A stretch of 64,000 nucleotides of DNA, taken from Candidatus Aenigmatarchaeota archaeon (GTDB lineage: Archaea > Aenigmatarchaeota > Aenigmatarchaeia > CG10238-14 > SpSt-28). Location of the stretch: positions 258,995 through 322,994 of the forward strand of contig JAWBNO010000001.1 in the NCBI GenBank assembly GCA_039000725.1, given 5' to 3'. Shown here one piece after another: positions 47,120 through 57,198 of this stretch; position 1 is the first letter of the stretch, and each line of letters opens with the position of its first letter. The notes under the pieces are model-generated. The model searched no databases and was not told the origin of the DNA. It saw only the letters and a list, made by a program, of their open reading frames with translations. The translations under genes were made by a program, and so were the position numbers.

Positions 47120-50100
47120 GCTAGTAAAGTCGAAAAAGTTAATGTTAAAATAATTGGTAATAAAATTTTTTCATTTAGCACAAAATATCCTGTTGTTTTA
47201 GAATCTACTTTTTCTTTTTTAGAAGTTTTATTATTGCTAGTAGTAATTTTTTCTTTTTCTTCTTCTATTTCTTCCGTTTCATTTAAATTCTCTTCTAGTT
47301 CTTCAAAATTTTCATTAGAATAAGTTATATTAGTTAAATTTTTAGATTCAGGTGGTTTAATAAAAGTAAATTCTTTTTCAGAAAAAGATAATGGTTGAGT
47401 ATTGAAATTTCTATTTGGTAAACCTGGGGTACCACCATCAACATAGCTTTCTCTCCATATCAAACTTTTTTCATCCAATTCCAAACTTTTACCATTGTCA
47501 TAACCACCCATATTTTTGGAATATGTCACTTCATCAATTACAATCTTAGAAGAATTTTTTATCGCTATTGTATCGTTTTCATTATTTAAATTAAAACTCG
47601 CTTGAAATATAGTTTTATTAAAGTTTGGATATTCCTCTAAAATTTTTGAAAAGTTGTTAGATATAATTGCATATTCATTTGGATATAAAATTTCACTTCC
47701 TAACTTTAAAATTATTTTGTGATTTCCATTTTTGTCTGAAAAATACCAGTTTGTTAGATTAACAGAGCAATTTCCATAATTGTATATTTCTATCCACTCT
47801 CTACCTTTATCATTTCCTTTTGGATTATACATTATTTCATTTATTCTAATCTTAGGTTCACAATATTTTTCTTGATTATTTTCTTCTTCGTAAACTTCAA
47901 AATATGCTTCTCTAGGACCAACTATTAGTGGATCTAGTTTTTCTAAAACAGCTGTAACTTTATACTTTCCACTAGTTTCAGGTTTAAAGTTAATGTTAAT
48001 TTCCATACTCTTATCTTCTAAATCAAATTCGTAAGTATTATTTAAAATATGGGAAGAATTTGTTATTTCAAAATACAATTTTCCTCTATCTTTAACTTTG
48101 CTAAATATTTTGAATTTTATTGTAGCGTTTTCCCCAAGTTTAATATTTTTTGTTTCAATAGAAAAATCTAAAGCTGTTTCATAATCTAGAGAGATTGTTA
48201 TATTTTTTACTATTACTGCAGAATTTTCAGTTTCATTGAAAATTAGAAGAGGCACAACTATTTCCACTTCTTTTCTACCATCAATAGTATTATTTATTCT
48301 TATTTTGTATCTTTTATTTATAGTGCTTGTTTGATTTGTTTCTAATGTTGTATTTGAATGGGATATTGTTTGTAATCTATAAATTGTAATATTTTCTATT
48401 TTTTCTTCAGTAAAATTTACTTGAATATTTTCTTCGCTAATCGTAGAATTTTCTGGCAAATAGTAAATAAATCTTTTTATGGGTATTATTGGTTCATTTT
48501 CTTCAATAATGTTTTCTGTAGAATTTACTTCAACACTATTATTTTTATAATCAATTTGTGGTCGCATTTCTACTTTTAAGAAGCATCTTTCTGAACAATC
48601 AAAATATTTTATTAATTTTTCTTCTTCTAACCTTCCTTCTTTTGGTAAGCTGGGGTCTCCATATACTAAAAACTCTAATAATGTTTTTTGCTTTATTCCA
48701 GGTTTATTAAAATTCAAAATATCAAAAAATATTAGGTCTGAAGCGAAGCTATTATAAGCATAAAGAAAAGCCTTTCCTATATTTTCTCCATTTTTAAAAA
48801 ATCTGGAAGAAAATTCTCCTGTAAATGGGTGATAGCTCAATGCTGAAGGACCAATAAAACTTGCTGCTCCTTTTTTTAAAAATTCATCTTTCATTTTTCC
48901 AATACCAGAAAAATCGGAATTATCCCAAACTATTCTTGAATTTAAATAAGGAATATCATTTGGTTCAAAAATGTTGCTACCATTATACTGATAGTTTGAA
49001 ATTATTTGCTTCCAAAATTCGTAATCAAGAATATTTGTATTTTGTTCTATATTATTTGGTAAAATCCACAAGCTACCATTTCCTAAACCTTCATAAAATA
49101 TTATTGAGCTATTTTGCAAACAAATTCTTAAATTAGATGAATTCAAAATTGGCCATGGTTTAGGCCAAAGAATTTCAAGAATATTAATTACATCTGTTAT
49201 ATCTAAACTTTCATTATTTGTTTGTTTTTCAGCTAAGTAAGATAGAACATCTTCGTAATTTTGTGAAAAAGAAGACCAATCATATTCGAAATAACTCATT
49301 AAAGCTTCAGAAGCAAATTCTAAGCCTTTAACTGTTAAAAAAAGATTTGATATTATAGTTGAAAGAAAAGAAGAAGCATATTTTTCCAAAACTTTTCTTA
49401 GACCTTCATATGTTATTAGAAATTTTGCTATTTGAGTAGGTTTTAAATTCTGTAAAAAAGATATGTGATTAGTTCTGCGCTCAACTAATCTATTTGCATT
49501 ATAACCTCTTTCTTCTAAAATTTTAGCTATATTTCTTCCAGTTAACATTCCACCACCACCATAAACTAAAACTATACCAAAATTTTGATGTAAGTATTCA
49601 CTAGCAATTAAGGCATTTTTATTTGTTTCTAAAAATATTCTAGAAAAAATTAGAGAAGATAAAGATTCATCACTAGGTAATCTACCAAAACTTAAATCTA
49701 AATAATTATCGTTATTTATATCAGCATATATTGCATCTGAAATAATTTTATCTCCATCTAGTTCATCAGCAACATTAATTAAACCTAAAAATTTTTGCTT
49801 TTCAACAGGATCATCAACTTCAAAATATGGCACACCAAATAAAAGAAGATAATTTCCCTTTACAATATTTTTCGAATTATTAAGAAGAAAGCCATGAGAG
49901 TTTAATTTTTGAATTTTATTTTTTAGAATATTTTTAGCTTCTGAAGAATTGGTAGTATTTACAAAAATTATAAATCCATCTTTTACTGATGAAATTATTG
50001 TAGAATAGGGAGAATTTGTTAATATCAAATAGTTTAAAGTTAAATTCTTTTCCTTTGCTAGAGAAATATAAAAATCTTCTATTTCCTCTGTTGTATTTTG

Positions 50101-51369
50101 AGAAAAATCATAAATTGCATTTTCTTTAGAAAAAACTATTGGAATTTTTAATAACGATGCTATTTGCGATGCTATTACGTATTTTTCAAATGTGTCAGCA
50201 TAAATGCCTTTCTTATTTTCAAAAAACTCTAAAAAATCTTTATAATCAATTTTTGTTCCATTTTCTACTTCAACATTTCCAAGTAAAAATATTTTTTCTG
50301 GTTTATAATTTTCTATAAACCACTCTATACTTTCTTTATATTTTTCATCATATACCAAAACTGGCACTTTAAAAGGAGAAATTGATATAATGTTTTTCCA
50401 ATCATTATCAACAACAAACAAAGTTTTGTTGTAAATTTCAGCTTTTCTAATTGAATAACATACAGTTTCATTTAAAGTTTCATTCAAATATACAACTACT
50501 TTTATGCAATAATCTCCAAAAGTTTGATTTAATGAAGTTTTTATTCTCAATTCTTCACTAGCGTTTTGAGAAAGTAAAAGTTCGTCATTAACGAAAATGT
50601 CGATTGAGAAATTATTTAATGGAAAAATAGCAACAACATCTAAAGGTATTTGGGTATAGTTAGAAAAAGAAAAATAGGTTTTGTTAGAGGGGGAAATTAC
50701 TTTTATTTTATTTATTGATAACAAAAGGTCAATAATGTTAGAGCAAATAAGTTCACAATTGGTAGTATTTATCCATCCCCCACATCCAAGAGAAAAGCCA
50801 AAAATATTTAAATTTTTTGAAGAAAAAAGTATTATCCACGAATTTTCTTTTATTTTTAACCAAGCATAATAATTGGATTCGTTCAAATTAGCAGTATATC
50901 CTATATTATAAAGGGCAGATTTACCTAAGTTTATTGAGTCACCAATAGAAAAATTATAAAAGAGAATTGAATTATTTTTCATAACTTCTGATTCTAAAGA
51001 CCCTACATATAGGCTAGAGCTAAATGGTAAATTTAAAATTTTTGTAACTGCAAATACACCTCCATCACCAAATCCAAGAAGTTTACCTCCACACTCTAAA
51101 AAATCTTTTATTCTTTCTTCATACCAATAATACGAGCTATTACGAAAATAATCATATTCTAGAATAATAATGGAATAATCGTTTAAATTTAAAAAAAGAT
51201 TTGTAGAAGTAGAGTAGGGTATTTGCTTCTTTTTTAGAAGGTTTTCTATTAATTGTATATGATCGGGATGTGCCCCATCATGAAAGATTAATACTTTTTC
51301 AGAAAAAACTATATTTTGTATAAAGATAAAAATCGCGTACATTAAGATAATATTTAATAATCTATTCAT
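47035..51369 (-). CDS. Giant secreted and anchored surface protein with a lamin-tail domain and many N-glycosylation sequons; S-layer-like candidate
   Basis: 1444 aa. N-terminal signal peptide, dozens of N-x-S/T sequons, an LTD near the C-terminus (INEIMYNPKGNDKGREWIEIYNYGNCSVNLTNWYFSD), and a C-terminal TM helix plus Lys-rich tail. Confidence 0.7.
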   Translation of the reverse strand: MNRLLNIILMYAIFIFIQNIVFSEKVLIFHDGAHPDHIQLIENLLKKKQIPYSTSTNLFLNLNDYSIIILEYDYFRNSSYYWYEERIKDFLECGGKLLGFGDGGVFAVTKILNLPFSSSLYVGSLESEVMKNNSILFYNFSIGDSINLGKSALYNIGYTANLNESNYYAWLKIKENSWIILFSSKNLNIFGFSLGCGGWINTTNCELICSNIIDLLLSINKIKVISPSNKTYFSFSNYTQIPLDVVAIFPLNNFSIDIFVNDELLLSQNASEELRIKTSLNQTFGDYCIKVVVYLNETLNETVCYSIRKAEIYNKTLFVVDNDWKNIISISPFKVPVLVYDEKYKESIEWFIENYKPEKIFLLGNVEVENGTKIDYKDFLEFFENKKGIYADTFEKYVIASQIASLLKIPIVFSKENAIYDFSQNTTEEIEDFYISLAKEKNLTLNYLILTNSPYSTIISSVKDGFIIFVNTTNSSEAKNILKNKIQKLNSHGFLLNNSKNIVKGNYLLLFGVPYFEVDDPVEKQKFLGLINVADELDGDKIISDAIYADINNDNYLDLSFGRLPSDESLSSLIFSRIFLETNKNALIASEYLHQNFGIVLVYGGGGMLTGRNIAKILEERGYNANRLVERRTNHISFLQNLKPTQIAKFLITYEGLRKVLEKYASSFLSTIISNLFLTVKGLEFASEALMSYFEYDWSSFSQNYEDVLSYLAEKQTNNESLDITDVINILEILWPKPWPILNSSNLRICLQNSSIIFYEGLGNGSLWILPNNIEQNTNILDYEFWKQIISNYQYNGSNIFEPNDIPYLNSRIVWDNSDFSGIGKMKDEFLKKGAASFIGPSALSYHPFTGEFSSRFFKNGENIGKAFLYAYNSFASDLIFFDILNFNKPGIKQKTLLEFLVYGDPSLPKEGRLEEEKLIKYFDCSERCFLKVEMRPQIDYKNNSVEVNSTENIIEENEPIIPIKRFIYYLPENSTISEENIQVNFTEEKIENITIYRLQTISHSNTTLETNQTSTINKRYKIRINNTIDGRKEVEIVVPLLIFNETENSAVIVKNITISLDYETALDFSIETKNIKLGENATIKFKIFSKVKDRGKLYFEITNSSHILNNTYEFDLEDKSMEININFKPETSGKYKVTAVLEKLDPLIVGPREAYFEVYEEENNQEKYCEPKIRINEIMYNPKGNDKGREWIEIYNYGNCSVNLTNWYFSDKNGNHKIILKLGSEILYPNEYAIISNNFSKILEEYPNFNKTIFQASFNLNNENDTIAIKNSSKIVIDEVTYSKNMGGYDNGKSLELDEKSLIWRESYVDGGTPGLPNRNFNTQPLSFSEKEFTFIKPPESKNLTNITYSNENFEELEENLNETEEIEEEKEKITTSNNKTSKKEKVDSKTTGYFVLNEKILLPIILTLTFSTLLAYFLLSKGKFKKKKINKIIKIKEKTKSK

Positions 51370-51439
51370 AAAATTTAGAAGGTTTTAGAAGAATAGTTCT
51401 TTTCCATAGGATTTACATACGAAAGCATTAATACTTCAC

Positions 51440-52483
51440 TTGATATTATATTTAATGAAATATAGAGTTTTGCTCGTTCATGAAATATTCTATCCTACTT
51501 TTTCTGGTGGGGCTGAAAGAATTTTACTAGAAATAATAGAAAGAATATCCAATTTTTGTTCTGTTACGGTTCTTACCACTGGTGACCCTTCAGTACGATT
51601 TTATAGAGGTATACCAACCTATAGGGTCAAAACACACCGATATTTTTTTAATATTTTTTCGATACCTTACCTTTTTGCTCTCGGAAAAAAGCACGATATA
51701 ATAATTGCGAATACATATCATTCTGCTATACCTTCATTTATCGTAGCAAAAGTATTGAAAAAACCAGTTGTTCTACTAGTTCATGGATGTTATAGATGGA
51801 AATGGCTTTCGATTAGTAGAGTTTATGGAATATTAGCAATATTTTTTGAAAAAATTATATTTTCTCTCCCATTTGATAAAATTATATTTTTTTCTGAATT
51901 TTCTAAACTCGAAGGCTTAAAACTCGGTGCAAAGAATTGTACAGTAATAACACCAGGAATATCAATAAAATCTATCAATATAAAAAATTTGGCAAAAGAA
52001 GATTTTGTGTTGTTTGTGGGAAGGTTAGAAAAACAAAAAGGTATAGACAGATTGATAGAAATAGCTAAACTCCTACCTTCTATAAAATTTATAATTATAG
52101 GTAAAGGAAAATTAAAAGATAAATTATCTAATGTGATTCACTTAGGATTCGTTCCTGATAAGGTTTTAAAAAGATTTTATAGGCAAGCTTTTATTTTTTT
52201 TCTACCATCAAGAGCGGAAACTCTAGGCTATTCAATACTAGAGGCTATGTCTCATGGATGCTTGATAATTTCAACTGTACCTTTAAAGTATCACGGATTT
52301 TGTATCAAGAAATTTAACATTCCTGAAGTTAAGGATATTTTCATAAAAATATATAGGAAGAAAAATAAATACAAAAAAATTGGATTAAAAAATATAGAAA
52401 TAGTCAAGAAATATTACAAGTGGGAAGGTTTTATTTTAAAGTTACTAGGAATAATAAAGAATTTAATTTCCAGAAAAAGGTAA
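51440..52483 (+). CDS. Glycosyltransferase, GT4 (GT-B fold)
   Basis: C-terminal ETLGYSILEAMSHGCLIIST matches the GT4 E-x7-E region. Confidence 0.78.
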   Translation: MILYLMKYRVLLVHEIFYPTFSGGAERILLEIIERISNFCSVTVLTTGDPSVRFYRGIPTYRVKTHRYFFNIFSIPYLFALGKKHDIIIANTYHSAIPSFIVAKVLKKPVVLLVHGCYRWKWLSISRVYGILAIFFEKIIFSLPFDKIIFFSEFSKLEGLKLGAKNCTVITPGISIKSINIKNLAKEDFVLFVGRLEKQKGIDRLIEIAKLLPSIKFIIIGKGKLKDKLSNVIHLGFVPDKVLKRFYRQAFIFFLPSRAETLGYSILEAMSHGCLIISTVPLKYHGFCIKKFNIPEVKDIFIKIYRKKNKYKKIGLKNIEIVKKYYKWEGFILKLLGIIKNLISRKR

Positions 52484-52489
52484 TATATA

Positions 52490-53074
52490 ATGTCCTCTAT
52501 TAGTGAGAACTCTAAAAGAAAAATTCTAAACGTAGGTTGCGGAGAAGACACTTATGGAACACATTTTGTCGATTTGTATCCAACTAGAAAGGAAGTAATC
52601 AAATGTAATGTTGATAAAGAAAAGTTACCTTTTCCTAACAATTATTTCGATGAGATTTATTCAAAAAATTTGTTAGAACATCTAAGAAATCCTGGTTTTT
52701 TCCTTGAAGAAGCTTATAGAGTTTTAAAGAAAGGTGGAAAGATTGTTTTGATTACAGATAATGCTGGTTTTTGGGAGTTTCACGTTCTGGGCACACATGT
52801 TAGACCAAAACTGAGAATAAAAAGGCTAAAGTTCTATGAGGGTATGGGAGAATTAGATACGCATTATTGTCTCTATACTAAGGAGCATCTAGTTAATCAT
52901 CTTAGATTCGTCGGATTTAGAATCGTTAAAGTTGAGTTTATTGATTTTAATAGAGGTAAAGAAGAGTTAGGGAAATTTAGAATACTATTGGATATATTTC
53001 TAAGAATTTTAAGAATTTTTAAAATACTTGAAAACTTTTCTTATCCCAGAATTAAAATTATAGGTATGAAATAA
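52490..53074 (+). CDS. Class I SAM-dependent methyltransferase
   Basis: Motif I ILNVGCGED, and the post-I LKKGGKIVLI. Confidence 0.78.
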   Translation: MSSISENSKRKILNVGCGEDTYGTHFVDLYPTRKEVIKCNVDKEKLPFPNNYFDEIYSKNLLEHLRNPGFFLEEAYRVLKKGGKIVLITDNAGFWEFHVLGTHVRPKLRIKRLKFYEGMGELDTHYCLYTKEHLVNHLRFVGFRIVKVEFIDFNRGKEELGKFRILLDIFLRILRIFKILENFSYPRIKIIGMK

Positions 53075-53077
53075 TTT

Positions 53078-54178
53078 ATGAGGATAGCGATTTTTTACGA
53101 TTTTATAATAGAAAGGGGTGGAGTGGAAAGAGTTATTAAAACAATTTCTAAAAATTTCAAAAGCAAAATATTTACATGTTTTTATGATAAAGATAGAACT
53201 TATCCAGAATTTAGAAATTTAAAAATATTTTCTAATAAAAGTTTTTTTAATAAACCCATAATTTTAAATAGATATGCAAAAATATTAAGAACTTATTATT
53301 TTTTTAACAGACAACTAAAAAACTTTTCAGAGTATATTAATAAAAATTTTGATATAGCACTTTTTTCTGGCTTTTATTCTTTCTATTTTGCAAAATATCT
53401 TAAAATTCCTAAAATTTACTATATTCAAGCCGAGCCATTTTTTATAGCACTAGATAGAATTGGTATGGATATTAAGAGGAATATTTTGTTAAGAAAAATT
53501 ATTAGAAAAATTTACAATTTAGAAAAATTTAGCTTAAGTAAAATGGACTATATAGTTGCTAATTCCTTTTATACTAAAAAAATTTATGAAGATTTTTACA
53601 ATCTAGATGTACAATATGTTGTTTACCCACCAGTAAACATAAAGGGATTTTATTATAGATCTTTGGGAGATTTCTGTCTGTATGTTGGTAGATTATATTT
53701 GCATAAAAGAGTTCATGTGGTTGTAGAGGCGTTTAAGAAAATGGATAATAAGAAGTTAATAATTGTTGGCGATGGTCCACTTAAAAACTATGTAATAAAA
53801 GCTGCGAAAAATCATAAAAATATTTTGTACTTAGGTAATGTCGAAGATAAGACTTTGAAAGAGTTATATTCAACCGCAGAAACTGTAGTATATATTACTG
53901 AAAAAGAACCTTTTGGATTAGTTCCTGTTGAAGCTAATGCATCTGGAAAACCTTGTATTGTTAGTAATGAGGGTGGTTTAAAAGAGATAATTACAAATAA
54001 AAAAGTTGGAGTAAGAATAAACAAACCATATCTTAAGAATTTAGTTAATGTGATAAGTAACAAAAAACATTTAGAATATTGGGATAAAAATGAATGTATT
54101 AAAAACGCAAAAAGATTTGATGAAAAATTTTTTGTAAAAAATTTTGAAAAAATTTTCAGAAAGGTTTATAGAATTTAA
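53078..54178 (+). CDS. Glycosyltransferase, GT4
   Basis: TEKEPFGLVPVEANASGKPCIVSNEGGLKE. Confidence 0.8.
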   Translation: MRIAIFYDFIIERGGVERVIKTISKNFKSKIFTCFYDKDRTYPEFRNLKIFSNKSFFNKPIILNRYAKILRTYYFFNRQLKNFSEYINKNFDIALFSGFYSFYFAKYLKIPKIYYIQAEPFFIALDRIGMDIKRNILLRKIIRKIYNLEKFSLSKMDYIVANSFYTKKIYEDFYNLDVQYVVYPPVNIKGFYYRSLGDFCLYVGRLYLHKRVHVVVEAFKKMDNKKLIIVGDGPLKNYVIKAAKNHKNILYLGNVEDKTLKELYSTAETVVYITEKEPFGLVPVEANASGKPCIVSNEGGLKEIITNKKVGVRINKPYLKNLVNVISNKKHLEYWDKNECIKNAKRFDEKFFVKNFEKIFRKVYRI

Positions 54179-54200
54179 GTTAATTAGTAGTATATATTTA

Positions 54201-55709
54201 ATGAACGAAAAGAAAAAATTAGTATCTAATACTTTTTACCTCTTTTTAAACTGGTTTTTACTTTCTGTTATAAATTTTTTCTTTTGGTCAATTGTAGGAA
54301 AATTCTTAAACCCAAATGAGTATGGAATAGCAACTACAGCAATAAATTTTTCTATATTTTTAAGTGGAATATCCTTAATTGGTCTAACCTCCGCTATAAG
54401 CAAATTAATACCTGAATATCTTGCGAAAAAACAAGAAAAGAAAGTATTTTCTTTGATAAATTTTTCAGCAAAAATAATTTTTTTCTCTAACGTTTTCATA
54501 ATAGTTATACTAATAATTCTAGCTCCAAAAATTTCAGAAATTATAAAAGTACCAAAAGATTCAATTTATCTAATTTCAATAACAATATTTATTCTATCTT
54601 TATCATCAATTTTAGGTTCTATAATTTATGGTTATCAAAATATGAGAGTTTTTATGTACACAGATTTGATTGGAACTTTAGCTAAATTTATTCTAGTCAT
54701 TTCTTTATTTCAAATAGGTTTCAATTACTATGCACCTATAATAAGCTTCATGATAGGTTATCTATTAGTTTCAATACTTAGAATTAGTAAAGTAAAGCTA
54801 GAAAAAAATGGTTTTATAGATGGTAAAAAAGTAGTGGCAAATTATGCACTACCCGCTTTTATATCAGGCTTAGCTATGAATATTTTCTATTATTCTCAAT
54901 ATTTTCTTTTATCATCAATTAAAACAACGTATCAAACAGGAATATTTAGTGTAGCTATGATAATTTCAAGCATAATATTGACAGTCCCGAATATTTTAAC
55001 ATCAGCCTTATTTCCAATAACATCTTACTTATCTGTTTGGAAAAATAAAAAAAGAAATCAAGCATACTTGATTGAAAAAATTATAAGATATGCATTTTTT
55101 ACAACTTTACCATTAGCTATGTTTTTAGTTATATTTTCTCGCCAAATTATATTAATATTTTCTAGCAAAATGTACTTAGAATCAAATGATATACTCAAAA
55201 TTCTTGTGTTTTCGAACTTACTATTTGGTATAGGGAATATATTTAACCAAAATCTTTATGCTATAGGTAAGGCAAAGTTACAAAGAAATATAGTTTTGGT
55301 TTCAGTTCTAACATTTCTTGTATTAGCATTTCCTTTAACAGAAAAATTTTCTTACTACGGAATGGTATTCTCATATCTAGTTTCTACATTATTTTTTATA
55401 ATTCTTTCTTATATTTTTATTAAGAAATTTATAGGAATTAAATTTCCAATTAATGATGTTTTTAAAATTTTATTCTCGTCTTTAATTTCATTTTCTATTT
55501 TGTATATTTTTGTGAAAATATCAACTTCAATTGTTTTAGAATTTATATTTTTGATTTTCACTCTATTTTTGTATTTACTAATATTGAGATTTTTAAAATT
55601 CTATGAAAATGAAGACAAAAAAATTTTAAGATATTTTTCTTCTAAGGTTTCAAATAATAAATTTGCTATAAAAATTTTATCATTAATAGAGAAATTCCTT
55701 GGCTTTTAA
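54201..55709 (+). CDS. Polysaccharide/oligosaccharide flippase (Wzx/MOP superfamily, AglR-like)
   Basis: At least 12 TM helices; it sits after the glycosyltransferases. Start taken at MNEKKKL, because the ORF-track start at 54144 overlaps the GT4 gene. Confidence 0.7.
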   Translation: MNEKKKLVSNTFYLFLNWFLLSVINFFFWSIVGKFLNPNEYGIATTAINFSIFLSGISLIGLTSAISKLIPEYLAKKQEKKVFSLINFSAKIIFFSNVFIIVILIILAPKISEIIKVPKDSIYLISITIFILSLSSILGSIIYGYQNMRVFMYTDLIGTLAKFILVISLFQIGFNYYAPIISFMIGYLLVSILRISKVKLEKNGFIDGKKVVANYALPAFISGLAMNIFYYSQYFLLSSIKTTYQTGIFSVAMIISSIILTVPNILTSALFPITSYLSVWKNKKRNQAYLIEKIIRYAFFTTLPLAMFLVIFSRQIILIFSSKMYLESNDILKILVFSNLLFGIGNIFNQNLYAIGKAKLQRNIVLVSVLTFLVLAFPLTEKFSYYGMVFSYLVSTLFFIILSYIFIKKFIGIKFPINDVFKILFSSLISFSILYIFVKISTSIVLEFIFLIFTLFLYLLILRFLKFYENEDKKILRYFSSKVSNNKFAIKILSLIEKFLGF

Positions 55710-55730
55710 CTTTTTTTAAAAATATAAAAT

Positions 55731-56378
55731 ATGGAAAAATTTGATGTATGTATTCCAACTCTAAATTCTGGTAAAACTTTAGAAAGGTGTCTTAAAAAAA
55801 TAGTTGAAATAATTCCATATAGAAAAATAATAATAGCTGATGGATATAGTAAAGACAATACAGTAGAAATTGCAAAAAAGTATGGATGCGAAATTTTTAG
55901 AACTAAAAAAAGCTTGGGAGAGGTTAGAGAAGAACTGATTAAAAGAGTAAAAACAGAGTGGTTTTTCTTTATAGATGCTGATATAGAAATAAATGAAAAA
56001 TGGTTTAAAATTTTAGTTAAAAATAGAAATAAAAATATTGGAGCGATACATGGTTTTGGATTGACTTATGGTTTTATTGGATTTTTTAGGAAATTAATAA
56101 TATTTCTTAAAATTAAATTTGGAATAGATCAAAGAGGATTCACTTCAAACACTCTAATTAATAAAAATGCAGTTAAAAGAGTAAAGCTACCCAAAGTTAA
56201 AAGATTAGAAGATATAGTTTTGCAAGAGCATATTAGAAAAAATGGATATGAATGGAAATTTGTTTTAGCTTTTTGTAAACATATGAAATCTGAAAAAAGA
56301 ATAATTAAAGAAGCATTGAGAGATTTAAAAAATCTAACAAAAGAAAAAGGTTTGATTGAAGCAATTCTTAGAATTTAG
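55731..56378 (+). CDS. Glycosyltransferase family 2 (dolichyl-phosphate sugar transferase-like)
   Basis: N-terminus FDVCIPTLNSGKTLERCL...IIIADGYSKDNT is the GT2 DxD-containing Rossmann-like region. Confidence 0.78.
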   Translation: MEKFDVCIPTLNSGKTLERCLKKIVEIIPYRKIIIADGYSKDNTVEIAKKYGCEIFRTKKSLGEVREELIKRVKTEWFFFIDADIEINEKWFKILVKNRNKNIGAIHGFGLTYGFIGFFRKLIIFLKIKFGIDQRGFTSNTLINKNAVKRVKLPKVKRLEDIVLQEHIRKNGYEWKFVLAFCKHMKSEKRIIKEALRDLKNLTKEKGLIEAILRI

Positions 56379-56387
56379 TTATAATTT

Positions 56388-56463
56388 TGGGGCCGCTGGG
56401 ATTTGAACCCAGGACCTCGGGTACCCGAAACCCGCGTGCTAGACCAAGCTACACTACGGCCCC
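56388..56463 (-). tRNA. tRNA-Pro (anticodon CGG)
   Basis: Minus-strand cloverleaf: acceptor GGGGCCG/CGGCCCC, D-stem GTGT/GCAC, anticodon stem CGGGT/ACCCG with loop TTCGGGT (G37), T-arm CTGGG-TTCAAAT-CCCAG, discriminator A. Confidence 0.85.
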
Positions 56464-56520
56464 ATAAGAAAATTTGTTTGAAATTTTAACATTTTTTAAA
56501 AGATAAAATAAAAAAATAGA

Positions 56521-57198
56521 ATGAGTTTTAATAAAAAGTTTTCTAATTGCTTAAGAATTGTAGAAAAAATTGAAGATAGAGAAATAACATGTTTTGTTTT
56601 TAGAAAAAATGTAAAATACACAAGATTAGAGTTTAGAGAAAATTGTTTACACTTGATAGTTCCGTATTGGTTTTTTGATTTTAGAAAAATAATTGAGAAA
56701 AAAAGAAAGTGGATTTTGAAAAAAATAGAAATGATTGAAAAATATTTAGATGATGAAAAAGAAAATCTAGAAAAATTTATTTTATTCGGCAAACCATTTG
56801 ATTTAAAGGATTTTAACTTTGACCAAAATAATGAAAATAAAACAATAAAATTTTTGAAAAATATTCTATTAGAAAAAATAGAAAAAATAGCTAAAGAATA
56901 TTCTGAAAAATTGGGGGTTAAATATAATAAAATAATAGTAAGAAACCAAAAAACCAAATGGGGCAGTTGTTCTTCTAAGGGGAACTTAAGTTTTAATATT
57001 AAGGCGATATCTTTACCAGAAAATTTACTTAGATATTTAGTTTATCATGAAGTTGCTCATTTAATAGAAAAAAATCATGGGAACGGATTTATATCTTTAA
57101 TTAAAAAAGAATTTCCAGACTATGAAATTCTAGAAAAAGAGTTAGAAAAATATTGGATTGTTTTTAATGCTAATATTTGGTGGAAAAAAATTATTTGA
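56521..57198 (+). CDS. DUF45 / YgjP-like zinc metallohydrolase (WLM/M48-like)
   Basis: KWGSCSSKGNLSFN and HEVAHLIEKNHGNGF (HExxHxxxxxH). Confidence 0.72.
   Translation: MSFNKKFSNCLRIVEKIEDREITCFVFRKNVKYTRLEFRENCLHLIVPYWFFDFRKIIEKKRKWILKKIEMIEKYLDDEKENLEKFILFGKPFDLKDFNFDQNNENKTIKFLKNILLEKIEKIAKEYSEKLGVKYNKIIVRNQKTKWGSCSSKGNLSFNIKAISLPENLLRYLVYHEVAHLIEKNHGNGFISLIKKEFPDYEILEKELEKYWIVFNANIWWKKII

Noticed and set aside
56496-56957. 153-aa minus-strand ORF opposite the DUF45 gene. Similar spurious ORFs are 57158..57364, 43395..43589, 43479..43718, 53812..54063 and 54236..54499.
   Set aside because: Each overlaps a gene with a clear conserved motif on the other strand or frame.
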